Origin: Candidatus Poribacteria bacterium
GTDB lineage: Bacteria > Poribacteria > WGA-4E > PCPOR2b
Assembly: GCA_965215015.1 (NCBI GenBank)
Contig: OZ244042.1
Span: forward strand, 5,472,001-5,536,000
Direction: 5' to 3'
DNA: 64,000 bases
Positions 1 to 9,874 of this stretch are shown here, piece after piece. The notes beneath the pieces are model-generated. The model did not search any database and was not told the DNA's origin. It saw nothing but the letters and a program-made list of their open reading frames with translations. The first letter of the stretch is position 1. Every line of letters starts with the position of its first letter. Both the position numbers and the translations under genes were made by a program.

Positions 1-979
1 TGACCTTCCCATTGTCCCGGCGTTGAGATTCCAGAAAGCCAATCATAATCTCCACAACCTTGTGCCCATCCTTGCCTGATGACGAGGATTCTCCCCCTTC
101 AGCGACTATACGCACCAGTTCTTGGACGCCGGCGGGTATCCCCTCGACATCCCACATGGGTGGTCTTATGGTTTGAGAGGAGCCTTCCTTTTCGAGACTC
201 GCTTTTTCATTATCGATAAGGACATAGCCTGTCGTGCCAACAATTTCAAGGCGAAAGTTTGGCGCGGGGGTATCCTTAGATCCACCGGCGTAATATCCAC
301 GAACACCATTTGCGAAATGGATGTAACCACTTGCGGCGGGTTCCGTCTTGGGTTCGTGTCCGCCATCTCCCCGATATTCCCAATAATCTTCGTACCCCGC
401 TTCCAATTCCGCAATGACCCACTCCGGGTCAGAATCCGCATAGTAGCAGATTGCATCAATGAGGTGGGTGCCGTTGCGAAATAACATGGCACGCCCCCCG
501 TTCAGTGTGCCAATAATATACTTCACCTGCCCAATCTCGCCGGCTCCAACGATCTCTTCCTTCGTATACCGCCATAGGGGTTGCCATCGTCGGGTGTGGT
601 CGATAGACAGAATTGTGCCGTTTCGCTCAACCGCTTCGAGCATACGGTCGGCGTCAGTGAGATTAGTCGCCATCGGCTTCTCGCAAAAAATGCCTTTCGC
701 TCCTGCGTTGGCAGCGTTGACTACCAGATCTGCATGTCGATGATCAGAGGTCGCCACGGTCACAATGTCTAAGTTTTCCTTTGCCAACATCTCTTGGTGA
801 TCTGTGTAGAGTGTGATGTTAGGCCAATGGTCTTTCCACTGCTCCTTGAAATCTGCCAGTGTGGTCTCTAATATATCACATGCAGCGACCAATTCTGCAT
901 TGGGCAGCCCCACCAAACCAGAGGTATGTCTGACGCCAATGCCTCTGCATCCAATCACACCCACTCGATATTTTGCCAT
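1..979 (-). CDS. Gfo/Idh/MocA family oxidoreductase (partial, runs off left edge)
   Basis: Hand-translated from ATG at 979: MAKYRVGVIGCRGIGVRH...ELVAACD Rossmann start, with the later CEKP motif; absent from the ORF track because no stop lies in the window. Confidence 0.85.
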   Translation of the reverse strand, partial: MAKYRVGVIGCRGIGVRHTSGLVGLPNAELVAACDILETTLADFKEQWKDHWPNITLYTDHQEMLAKENLDIVTVATSDHRHADLVVNAANAGAKGIFCEKPMATNLTDADRMLEAVERNGTILSIDHTRRWQPLWRYTKEEIVGAGEIGQVKYIIGTLNGGRAMLFRNGTHLIDAICYYADSDPEWVIAELEAGYEDYWEYRGDGGHEPKTEPAASGYIHFANGVRGYYAGGSKDTPAPNFRLEIVGTTGYVLIDNEKASLEKEGSSQTIRPPMWDVEGIPAGVQELVRIVAEGGESSSSGKDGHKVVEIMIGFLESQRRDNGKV

Positions 980-1025
980 AATAGGTTCTCCAATCTTCTG
1001 ATGTTTCACGTTGTGAAGGTCCCAG

Positions 1026-1406
1026 TTATTTGCCTTCCTCTGCGTCCCGCTCAAACAGCTGCAAAAGCATCTCATTTGGACCTTTGAAGAACGCTAGACG
1101 AATGCCGCCGGTACCGGCGTCGAAAGGTTCTTTCTCGATCGGCACTCCCTTGTCCTTCAGGTTTTGCACACTTGCGTCCACGCTATCAACTCTAAAGGAG
1201 ATGTGGTGGAACCCTTCTTCTGCCTGCATCGATTTTTTCGGCATCAGTTCTAGAATCATGTCGCCGGCTTTAAGAAAAACATAGTCTTCATCGTCTTCGA
1301 CGGGAAATCGCTCAATAACTTCCAGTCCAAGTGTTTCAGTATAAAATTTGACGGAGCCTTCGACATTGTCAGTAACAAGGGCTATTTTGTGAATCTTATG
1401 GACCAT
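1026..1406 (-). CDS. VOC / glyoxalase family protein
   Basis: KIALVTDNVEGSVKFY...LELM...FHHISFRV...AFFKGPN pattern of the vicinal-oxygen-chelate fold. Confidence 0.85.
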   Translation of the reverse strand: MVHKIHKIALVTDNVEGSVKFYTETLGLEVIERFPVEDDEDYVFLKAGDMILELMPKKSMQAEEGFHHISFRVDSVDASVQNLKDKGVPIEKEPFDAGTGGIRLAFFKGPNEMLLQLFERDAEEGK

Positions 1407-1471
1407 CCTTAGTCTCCTTTTGTATATTTGGCTTTTGTACGGTAGGTTTTAAGTCAGAAAAGACAAACAAA

Positions 1472-1514
1472 TCTCGATACTATGAATTTTGCCCTAACAT
1501 TCACAGTATCGAGA
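1472..1514 (-). terminator. Probable intrinsic terminator downstream of TonB receptor
   Basis: Inverted repeat tctcgatactatgaat / attcacagtatcgaga followed on the minus strand by a T-rich tract. Confidence 0.55.
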
Positions 1515-1618
1515 ATCCTATGCCGGTATTCACAGAGGTAGGCATATAGCATATAACCAATGTGGTACTAGCTTGGTTAAAGGTCATGAGACGGTTTGCT
1601 CAGTCTATCGTTAAGGAG

Positions 1619-4108
1619 TTAAAACGTCTGCTCCCAACCGATATAGCAAAGCCGACCATTAAAGCCAAACGGCGCAGAACGCCGCGAATAGGTAAACACA
1701 CCCGGCGAATCAACCACAATATTTCCCCAAGGATCCACAATTTTTCCACCTCGCGATTGGCCAATGTGATTTTCGTCAGGGGTGACATTGAATAGGTTAT
1801 TCGCACCAATTTTGATTCGGCCATATTCGCCCAATCCATAGCTCAGTTGAATATCAGTTAGATATTTGGGCTTGTAGGTTTGGCTCTTGCCGCCATCAAT
1901 CACAGTGTATGCTCCGTACCGATGCACGGCGTAGTCCACAGCGATAGTGTCGTCCGAATATCGGGTTGACATCGAAACGCGATCTTTCGGCTGCCATGTC
2001 TCAATAATGGAGCGGTCTTGCTCGGTAAACAACGATTCCGGAAGATTGGCAGGGAGATTTACGTCAGTAATCTCTGTCTCCGTGTAGTTCGCAGCGAAGC
2101 TAAACGTAAGCGTCCCCTGTTCAAACACTGGATAAGCATAGGACGCAACAACATCTATACCTTGTGTTTGGGTGTCTGCAGCGTTCATGAAAAATTGCGC
2201 GCCTGCAACGCCTGAATCTTCAAGACTCTTTCTGATTCTTGACGGAATTTCTTCGTTGCCGCTTGCCAACCGTCCGCTAATGATAATACGATCGCTGATG
2301 GTGGCCCGATAGAAATCTGTGGTGAGTGTCAACCGATTCAATGGTTGAAAAATGAACCCTGCAGTGACATTGAGCGCGGTCTCTTCCGTCAACTCAGGAA
2401 TACCAACGGCTTCAGCAATTTCGCTATCGTTTCGGAATGTACCGATTTCTTGAGCAATTGACTGGCCATTAACAGTATTGAATTGTGTGCTGACGTTATT
2501 GAAGTACAGTTGCTGCATGGAAGGGGCACGAAACCCTGTGCTCGCCGAACCTCGCAGGGCAAGCATTTCAATTGGTTCATAGCGCAATGCCAATTTCCCG
2601 TTGATTGTGGATCCGAAATCGCTGTAGTTTTCGATGCGAGCTGCTGGATTGATAAGCACCGCCTTGATTGGACGGACTTCAACATCGGTGTAGAACGCAA
2701 AAGCCGTTCGGAGCTCGTCCACCTCATTTGAAGGTTGGAATCCGGGGAACACTTGGATACCGGGCGACGCCCCGCCGGGTCCGTCGTAGTCATGATAGGA
2801 AAGTTTTTCACCAGCCCGGATTTGGTAAATGTCGTTACGGAATCCACCACCGGCTGCAATGTTTCCCCAGTTCATCGGAAGTGAGAAATCAAGCCCCACC
2901 GTATTGAGAAAAAGCCGCAGGTCACCCGCATCGGCGGATGATGGGCTAGCCCCCTCCGCAGCGACGATCGAGGCATTGTGCGAATTGCTAACATTGAAGG
3001 CGAAAGTATTGCCGCCTGTCCCGACACTGGCATCCATCAACAAACCGTTAGCAAACGTTCGCTTCAGACCGACACCGATGGAGTAATCGAGTACGTCTGT
3101 GTTAATCAGCGGGAGGAAACCGTCAGGATAGGCAGACCCTTCCGGGTTGCGGTCAAGTTGATTGGCTCTTCGGTAGAACCCTGCACTTGTGTTTAGACGA
3201 TTGGAAAGATCGAGAAAACTGTAAAAAGTTGCATCTTCCCAAATGCTATCAATAGGCTTATCTAAGTTCAAAACAAGGGCCAGCTGACGGGATTCCGCAT
3301 CCCCGATCCGGAAATTTTGGCGGTCAAAGTTGTGTTCTTTGTTGCCGGGGTCACTCGTAATCTGGACAGGGGCCCCCTCGCCGACTTCGGTACTGGGATA
3401 CTGAACCACACCAGTCAAGCCGGCGCGGTTGGTCGGTTGTCGATCTCGGTATTCAAACGCTCCATGAAGAATGCCCTCTCCACCGAATTTAAAACCCTTG
3501 TTAGCACCCAATACGAATGTTTCTCCATCGCCTGCGTAAGTGGCCCCGTAGGAAGATCGGAACCCTCCTTCGTAGCCATCCTTGAGCACAATGTTGATGA
3601 CACCGGCGAGCGCATCTGAGCCGTACTGGGCCGAAGCCCCATCGCGGAGGACTTCGATTCGCTTAATGGCACTTGCAGGAATCGCGTTCATGTCGACTCC
3701 CGCTGTACCACGCCCAACGGAGGTATTGACGTGAATCAACGCACTACCGTGACGCCGTTTCCCGTTGACAAGCACAAGCACCTGGTCTGGTCCTAAACCT
3801 CGGAGCGTTGCGGGGCGGAGCGCATCCGTACCATCGCTAATTGAGGAACTCGAAAAATTGAATGATGGGGCTAACGTCTGCAAGACACGGCCCACCTCAG
3901 TATGTCCCGTCTTACGGATTTCGTCTTCATCAATAACATCAACGGGCACTGGTGAATCAAGCCGACTCCGCTCAGGGCCCCGAGTGCCAATAGTGACAAT
4001 TTCTTCTAGCTCAACGACTGGAGTTGTGTCTTCTTCTGCATCCTGCGCTAGAAGTGAAGAGGCATGGCACACACCGATTAAAAGTAAAATGCAAAGTGTG
4101 AATTTCAT
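1619..4108 (-). CDS. TonB-dependent outer-membrane receptor
   Basis: Signal peptide, TonB-box-like EEIVTIG, plug motifs LRGLGPDQVLVLVNGKR and IEVLRDGASAQYGSDA, C-terminal NLFN and terminal Phe. Confidence 0.93.
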   Translation of the reverse strand: MKFTLCILLLIGVCHASSLLAQDAEEDTTPVVELEEIVTIGTRGPERSRLDSPVPVDVIDEDEIRKTGHTEVGRVLQTLAPSFNFSSSSISDGTDALRPATLRGLGPDQVLVLVNGKRRHGSALIHVNTSVGRGTAGVDMNAIPASAIKRIEVLRDGASAQYGSDALAGVINIVLKDGYEGGFRSSYGATYAGDGETFVLGANKGFKFGGEGILHGAFEYRDRQPTNRAGLTGVVQYPSTEVGEGAPVQITSDPGNKEHNFDRQNFRIGDAESRQLALVLNLDKPIDSIWEDATFYSFLDLSNRLNTSAGFYRRANQLDRNPEGSAYPDGFLPLINTDVLDYSIGVGLKRTFANGLLMDASVGTGGNTFAFNVSNSHNASIVAAEGASPSSADAGDLRLFLNTVGLDFSLPMNWGNIAAGGGFRNDIYQIRAGEKLSYHDYDGPGGASPGIQVFPGFQPSNEVDELRTAFAFYTDVEVRPIKAVLINPAARIENYSDFGSTINGKLALRYEPIEMLALRGSASTGFRAPSMQQLYFNNVSTQFNTVNGQSIAQEIGTFRNDSEIAEAVGIPELTEETALNVTAGFIFQPLNRLTLTTDFYRATISDRIIISGRLASGNEEIPSRIRKSLEDSGVAGAQFFMNAADTQTQGIDVVASYAYPVFEQGTLTFSFAANYTETEITDVNLPANLPESLFTEQDRSIIETWQPKDRVSMSTRYSDDTIAVDYAVHRYGAYTVIDGGKSQTYKPKYLTDIQLSYGLGEYGRIKIGANNLFNVTPDENHIGQSRGGKIVDPWGNIVVDSPGVFTYSRRSAPFGFNGRLCYIGWEQTF

Positions 4109-4138
4109 TAAAATCTCCTATGAACCGTAACTGTTTTT

Positions 4139-4265
4139 GGGGCGAACCCCTTAATAAATGCCGATCCCCCTGACATGGGGTCGGTCAGTGATAAGACCGA
4201 CAATGAAAGTGCAAAACAGGACGAAATTCCGTTAAAATAGCGGCGAGGCAGAAAATGCGGCACAT
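4139..4265 (-). promoter_or_regulatory. Putative leader peptide (4185-4265) with overlapping hairpins upstream of TonB receptor
   Basis: AAAGGAGAG RBS then 26-codon ORF MCRIFCLAAILTEFRPVLHFHCRSYH; overlapping stems at 4181-4200 and 4161-4184; GGGG-TTCG-CCCC hairpin at 4139-4150. Confidence 0.35.
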
Positions 4266-4357
4266 TATAACTCTCCTTTCAAAATTGTAGTGGATTTCTG
4301 AAAGGATAACCGCTTTTCTGCCCCTTTGCACCTAAATTGTCCAAACTTTAGTAGTAG

Positions 4358-4534
4358 CTAACACTTTCGGTTTTTCTGACCTTCCGTGATGTGCCCCCTC
4401 AGATCAGTCAATCGGACAGAAATCGTCCCAATTTTAATAACGTACCAAAAAACAAAATTCGCCACTACTAACGTAACGGCAAACTTATATAGTTTTGAGG
4501 TAGGAGGGGCGGATAAGCCATTGAACCGTTTCAT
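4358..4534 (-). CDS. Small putative single-TM protein (58 aa)
   Basis: GAGG RBS before ATG 4534; hydrophobic stretch FAVTLVVANFVFWYVI. Confidence 0.35.
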   Translation of the reverse strand: MKRFNGLSAPPTSKLYKFAVTLVVANFVFWYVIKIGTISVRLTDLRGHITEGQKNRKC

Positions 4535-4803
4535 AGTTGAAGACCTCTTAGTATAAGCGATGAAATGGCTTTCTGTCAATGACAAAAAAGGTAACGCACC
4601 AAGGCAATCGCATATAAATCGCATATAAATAGTGTGTTGGACTTACGGAGGCACACGACAACGGAAATCTACTGGGATACTCTGCAGCTGAGGAAGCCCC
4701 GATTTCATCGAAGGGCAAGCTCTGCATCGCGACCGAGGGAACCCAGGGTTCCGATTACTCAATTGCTGAATGCCTCTGCTCACCTGCATATTTCTATCAC
4801 TGA

Positions 4804-5604
4804 TCAGAAGCTGACATATCCGCCACAAACAGGGATACACTGCCCCGTCACATAGTCCGAAAGATCTGTGACGAGAAACTCAACAACCTTCGCGCAATCC
4901 TCTGGCATCCCCATACGACGTAGGGGGATTTGCGGCAATAGTCTTTCGCGTGTTTCGGGGCTATTCCTGCCGCCGGCGATGCCACGGGATGAAAGAATAT
5001 AGCCCGGTGCGATGCAGTTCACATTAATTCCGTATGGGCCTAATTCAGCGGCAAGGACGCGAGTGTACTGCACGACCCCCGCTTTTGCAACGCCATACGC
5101 CATACCTCCTCCGTTCCAGCCACTCCATAATCCTGCCTGCGAGCTGACGTTAACAATCCGTCCATAACCCGCTTTCTTCATTGGGGAACTCACTGCCTGA
5201 CAGCAGAAAATCGCACTGCTGAGGTTGATCTCCATAATGTAGTTATAATATTCCTCTTCGGTGTCGGAGGCCATTGAGGATTTCGGTCGTCCTAACGCCC
5301 CACCGGTGTTGTTGACGAGGATATCAATTCGCCCGAGTTTGTCCACAATCTCGTCAACCATCGCAAAGACAGCATCGCGTTGCGTGACATCGATTTCAAA
5401 ACTGAGTGCCCGACACCCGAAATTTTCTACCTCTTCCCTGACGGTCCCCGCTGTCAGCTCTTCGTTATACTCTTTCGCTGCGTCGAGATTAATGTCGTTG
5501 ATAACAACATCCGCTCCCAATCGAGCGAGGTGGAGCGCGTAAGCCCTACCTAATCCACGCGCCGCGCCGGTAACAAATGCAACCTGTCCATCTAATTTAC
5601 CCAT
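4804..5604 (-). CDS. SDR family oxidoreductase (FabG-like)
   Basis: TGAARGLG, DILVNN, YGVAK catalytic motif, NCIAPG. Confidence 0.92.
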   Translation of the reverse strand: MGKLDGQVAFVTGAARGLGRAYALHLARLGADVVINDINLDAAKEYNEELTAGTVREEVENFGCRALSFEIDVTQRDAVFAMVDEIVDKLGRIDILVNNTGGALGRPKSSMASDTEEEYYNYIMEINLSSAIFCCQAVSSPMKKAGYGRIVNVSSQAGLWSGWNGGGMAYGVAKAGVVQYTRVLAAELGPYGINVNCIAPGYILSSRGIAGGRNSPETRERLLPQIPLRRMGMPEDCAKVVEFLVTDLSDYVTGQCIPVCGGYVSF

Positions 5605-5658
5605 CTAAACCTCCTTAATATGCGTGTAGATGAAGCGTGGATGCCCCACAGCTTGATA

Positions 5659-5684
5659 GTAATAGGCATACACCGTATGCCGTA
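5659..5684. repeat. REP-like palindrome (GTA(A/G)TAGGCA...TGCCGTA family)
   Basis: Near-identical to 37391-37416; same architecture as 18958-18984. Confidence 0.6.
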
Positions 5685-5767
5685 TCCTTGTGCAAATCTA
5701 GGTGTATAATAATGCAGAATCCCTCAATACCTACGTCCCAGCGAGGCGATATGTGTATAGCAATTGA

Positions 5768-8509
5768 CTACCGAACAACCGCAACCTTCCCCAACCTACG
5801 GACTATCTCACCTTCCCACTTCGCTTCCAAGACGTAGATATAAATTCCACCCGCGACAGGTTCACCCGCTTGATTGTTGCCCTTCCAGATGAAGGCTTCG
5901 TCGAGTGATGCTGACTGTTGACCAACGACATTGTGTAACACATCCATATAGAGCAAACACCCAGTGGCATCATAAATTTTTAGTGTAACATCGGCAGATT
6001 TGGTAAGCCGGAATGTAATGATAGCATTGCGCGAAGTGGGATTTGGATAAACGATAACCTGATCCACAAAATCAAAAATATCTTGAGTAAAGAAATCCAT
6101 CATCCGGCGTGCTTCATTGCCGGCTCGATCTGTCGCGCGGATCTCCAGGGTATGTCTACCCGCCTCCAGATTACTCGGAAGGTAGGTCAAGCGGCCCGTT
6201 GCGTCCTGATAAAGAAATTGTACCGGACGATTATCCACCCACAATTGAATCACATCGATGCCGGATCCTTCGTCGGTAATTTTATGTAGTATGAGAAAGC
6301 GTTCGGAGTGAATCTGTGCTGGCTCCTCAAGGAAAGCAGTATTTATGCTAGGTGGCACCCGGTCCACAAGAAGGGCATAGCTTCCGAACCGATTGACAGT
6401 GGCTTCAAACATGCCGAATTGGTTGCGGATTGCATTCAGCGGCAGCCATTGCTGGAATTGGCTGTCCCACTGAAACATCGCCACCCCGCTTCCATCTATA
6501 TTTTGTCCTGGGGGAAGTGGCAGTGTAATCTGAAATGACACATCTTCTGTCTCCACAAGGGATTCAATAAGGTAGACAGGGTGAAGTATCGTAAGCCCGC
6601 GTTCCTCGGCGTTTTGTTGCTGAGCGCGAATCGTATTTTGATCCGATCCGCCTTGACTTCGCAAGGTAACTCCAGGCACTGCATCACCCTCAAGTAGTAG
6701 AACGCTGGGGCCGCTATCAATGGAAACATGAATCGTCTCCAACGGGAAATCCTCTCCTCGAATAAATCGCGGGAATTGAATATCTTCAAAAAGCCGATTC
6801 TGATCGGTAAAGTAACCGCGCACAGACAGTGCCTCTCCGTTGAAGGAACGAACTTGGGTGGAAAATGTGAACCCTGTTTGAGAGGGAGCGGTTGGAAAGT
6901 CAAGGACATATTGAAAGATTGACTGCTGATGACCTACATTCAAATCTGTGCTCAATTTCTCCTCCGCGATGCTGACAGGATCGAGATTGGGCGTATACCC
7001 CAACCGCGATCCAGATGGCAGAACCTTAACAACGGGAGTTGTTGCCAACCGCTTCGTTGTGGTTAAGGTGATTCTGAGCGTATGGTTTTCGTCTTCAACC
7101 CGCTCCGCCGAAATGGACGCTTGGAATGGGTGCGTGTCAATGATAAACGTAAAATCAATTGATGCCGCCGAATTGCCTGCGGTATCCTGCACCTCCAATT
7201 TGAAGCGATAGGCACCGTCAATTAGCTCGGTCTGCGGGGTGTAGGTGAACTGACCTGTTTCAGGTTGAAAATCAAACAGCTTCCTATCAAACTTAGAAGC
7301 ACCCGGGCTTCCATCAAAAACAAACGTCTCTTCACCAAAGCTGAAACGAATTGTTCGTGGATCTATCTCCATATCATCAATTAAGAACCCTGTAATTTTT
7401 ACGTCCGATCGGTCAAGAGATGCGCCGTCGGGAGGCAAAACTTCGGTTATCGCCGGTGGGTTAAAATCTATCCCAAGAAGCGGAGCTTTCTTCTCATAGC
7501 TGATATGGCGTTGCACGATTGTTTTGCGACCTAACCGATCGACAGCGACCACACGGATGAGATTGGACGCCTCCTTTCCGACATTGTGAGTAGAATCTTT
7601 GTCCTTCAGTAGGAGTGTACGCTCAAAACGACCATCTACCTTGAGCGGTACAGCAGTACCGTTAATAAAAAGCTGCACATCCGGGTCATCGATTTGACCG
7701 GATACGGTGACGTAAGGCACCTCAAGCAGATCAGAATCAAGCGGAGAAACCAGTGTAATCTCCGGCGGTTCGCTATCACGCACAACGGTTCGGATTACGC
7801 TTGTCTCCAAACCAATTGGGTTTGTCCCTTGGATCTCGATTCGGTTTGGACCTTCGCCCAAGGGCAACTGTGCGACAAAGCGTCCTTCTAAATCAACAGG
7901 CAAGGACATCTCCATCTGCTCGGATTTTAGAATAACGGTGTTCGATGTTTCTGTTACGCCCCGCACGGTTATTTGTGTCTTTAATGTCAACAGGTCCTCA
8001 GGCGGATCGGAGACCTCTAGGCGCGGGCGTTCGTTCTCAATAAAAATATGAATCTGATCTTGTATTTCATCGCCGTGCATCGAAACGACAACAAGCCGTA
8101 TCAGGAATTCGCCGCGCAGCCGTTGTGCATCCCACTGTCCGAGAAAACCGGTCTCGGTCACCGGGGCGGTTGCTCTGCCCCCAATCTGACGCCATCCGGT
8201 CGAGACAGTTTTCCCCGTACCTGTAGAAATGGAGGCATACTCTAAGCGGTATTCCTTGAACATCGTGCCATGAGCTAATCCGAAGATGTCAATTTTACCG
8301 CTCAATTGTTCTCCTGTATGGGGGCTAACAATTTTCGATTCAATTGCCGAGAACGCCGTGGAGGCATGGAGCAAAGTGGTAAAGCTGAATAACCAGAGCA
8401 CATGTCCAAAAAAAATAGAAACGGGCAGGATTGAAGAATGGAAGGATGGGAGGGAGGAGAGAAAGGAAGGATTCGTTTTACGTTTCACAACTCCGTTCCG
8501 AGAAGACAA
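5768..8509 (-). CDS. Large secreted Ig-like repeat protein with T9SS-A/FlgD-like C-terminal domain (start uncertain)
   Basis: Repeated D..PP.I Ig/Big modules; C-terminus VIVYPNP...VTLKIYD...GIYIYVL...KVAVVR. Confidence 0.75.
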   Translation of the reverse strand: MSSRNGVVKRKTNPSFLSSLPSFHSSILPVSIFFGHVLWLFSFTTLLHASTAFSAIESKIVSPHTGEQLSGKIDIFGLAHGTMFKEYRLEYASISTGTGKTVSTGWRQIGGRATAPVTETGFLGQWDAQRLRGEFLIRLVVVSMHGDEIQDQIHIFIENERPRLEVSDPPEDLLTLKTQITVRGVTETSNTVILKSEQMEMSLPVDLEGRFVAQLPLGEGPNRIEIQGTNPIGLETSVIRTVVRDSEPPEITLVSPLDSDLLEVPYVTVSGQIDDPDVQLFINGTAVPLKVDGRFERTLLLKDKDSTHNVGKEASNLIRVVAVDRLGRKTIVQRHISYEKKAPLLGIDFNPPAITEVLPPDGASLDRSDVKITGFLIDDMEIDPRTIRFSFGEETFVFDGSPGASKFDRKLFDFQPETGQFTYTPQTELIDGAYRFKLEVQDTAGNSAASIDFTFIIDTHPFQASISAERVEDENHTLRITLTTTKRLATTPVVKVLPSGSRLGYTPNLDPVSIAEEKLSTDLNVGHQQSIFQYVLDFPTAPSQTGFTFSTQVRSFNGEALSVRGYFTDQNRLFEDIQFPRFIRGEDFPLETIHVSIDSGPSVLLLEGDAVPGVTLRSQGGSDQNTIRAQQQNAEERGLTILHPVYLIESLVETEDVSFQITLPLPPGQNIDGSGVAMFQWDSQFQQWLPLNAIRNQFGMFEATVNRFGSYALLVDRVPPSINTAFLEEPAQIHSERFLILHKITDEGSGIDVIQLWVDNRPVQFLYQDATGRLTYLPSNLEAGRHTLEIRATDRAGNEARRMMDFFTQDIFDFVDQVIVYPNPTSRNAIITFRLTKSADVTLKIYDATGCLLYMDVLHNVVGQQSASLDEAFIWKGNNQAGEPVAGGIYIYVLEAKWEGEIVRRLGKVAVVR

Positions 8510-8650
8510 GAATCGGGCCTGCGTTCCGAAAATACCAATAACGTCGCGTCATGGGCGTCATGGTTCTAGGCTCAATCAACCCGGTATGTAATGCAACACA
8601 TCGGGTATTTTCGGGACGGACAGATCCATCGGGGGTTCACGTTTTATGCG

Positions 8651-9259
8651 CTACATCTTGCGGAAAAGCCCGACAACCTTTCCCAAAATCTGTGCATCAT
8701 CGACAATAATTGGAGACATCACCGTGTTTTCAGGTTGCAGGCGAATTCTGTCCCCATCGCGGAAAAAGCGTTTCACCGTTGCTTCTTCATCAAGCAGCGC
8801 GACAACAATATCGCCGGCATCCGCGTAATTCTGCGACCGCACAATCACGAGGTCCCCTTCAAAGATTCCTGCCTCAATCATACTCTCCCCGTTGATACGC
8901 AACGCGAAACAGGTATCTTCCTTGGCAACCTCCCGCGGCACGGGTAAAGTGCCTTCAATATTCTCAGAGGCGAGTACAGGCTCGCCAGCGGCAACTCGCC
9001 CAACGATTGGGACTTCAACTGCCGCTTGCGGTAGCTTTTTCGGCACAAACTCCAAAATTTCAATGGCGCGCGGCTTTTTGGGGATACGCCGGATATAACC
9101 CTTCTTCTCGATCGCATTCAGGTGATCATGGGCACCCTTCTCAGAAATTCGGAAGTTCGTCCCAATTTCGCGAACAGTCGGCGGGTAGCCTGTATCTTGC
9201 ACATGCTTCCGCACAAATTCAAAGATCCGGTCCTGTTTTTTAGTCAATGGTTTTCGCAT
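8651..9259 (-). CDS. lexA: SOS transcriptional repressor LexA
   Basis: GYPPTVREI winged helix, VAAG cleavage site, GESM catalytic Ser, TVKR catalytic Lys. Confidence 0.96.
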   Translation of the reverse strand: MRKPLTKKQDRIFEFVRKHVQDTGYPPTVREIGTNFRISEKGAHDHLNAIEKKGYIRRIPKKPRAIEILEFVPKKLPQAAVEVPIVGRVAAGEPVLASENIEGTLPVPREVAKEDTCFALRINGESMIEAGIFEGDLVIVRSQNYADAGDIVVALLDEEATVKRFFRDGDRIRLQPENTVMSPIIVDDAQILGKVVGLFRKM

Positions 9260-9274
9260 AATTTCCTCCTCACG

Positions 9275-9320
9275 CCTGTTTATATACCTTTAATATACTA
9301 TACACAGGTTAAGCCGTCAA
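9275..9320 (-). promoter_or_regulatory. sigma70 promoter of lexA overlapped by an inverted repeat
   Basis: Minus strand TTGACG (9320-9315), 17 nt, TATATT (9297-9292); inverted repeat CCTGT(G/T)TATA at 9275-9284 / 9299-9308. Confidence 0.65.
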
Positions 9321-9763
9321 GAAAAAAGCGTTGTACTTACACCGGTCCTCTTTATTTTTTTTTGCCCGATCAGATTGGGACAACGGAATCAGGACTCCCT
9401 CGCCCGACTGCATCACTGAATTAACGAACAAATAGTTTGACCCATCCTAAACTAGATTGCCATGAATGCCTCCTGATTACTATCCAACGCGGTAGAAAAG
9501 AGACTTCCGATGTCACGTCAATCAGGAAATCGTGTCTTCAAGGGGTATCAATCCCCTGAAGCCATTTATCAAACAAGCCGGCAACAACTTGCTATAAATC
9601 CACCCGAATCCGGGGAGTTTATCTAAACCTATTTTAGGATTGGGGTGCAGGAGACCATTAACAGTCTCGTCCATGTAAAGAAATCGTGCAACAGCACTCG
9701 TAAGTACTTGCAGTCCGATTTACCGGGGGAGCCTGCCCAAACATTTCGGGTTTTGGGCGGGTT

Positions 9764-9788
9764 GTAGGGGTAACCCTTGTGGTTGCCC
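9764..9788. repeat. GTAG-type REP-like hairpin
   Basis: GTAGGGGTAACCCTTGTGGTTGCCC; related to the repeats at 26589-26671. Confidence 0.5.
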
Positions 9789-9874
9789 GTCTTTAGCCTT
9801 CCTTTTTTATTTTCGTAGATTCGCGTTAATTCGCGGATGCTTTGCACCTTCTTTTTAGATAAACCAACAGTTTA

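Noticed and set aside
9360-9760. Possible ncRNA upstream of lexA
   Set aside because: Scattered hairpins only; no recognisable RNA family
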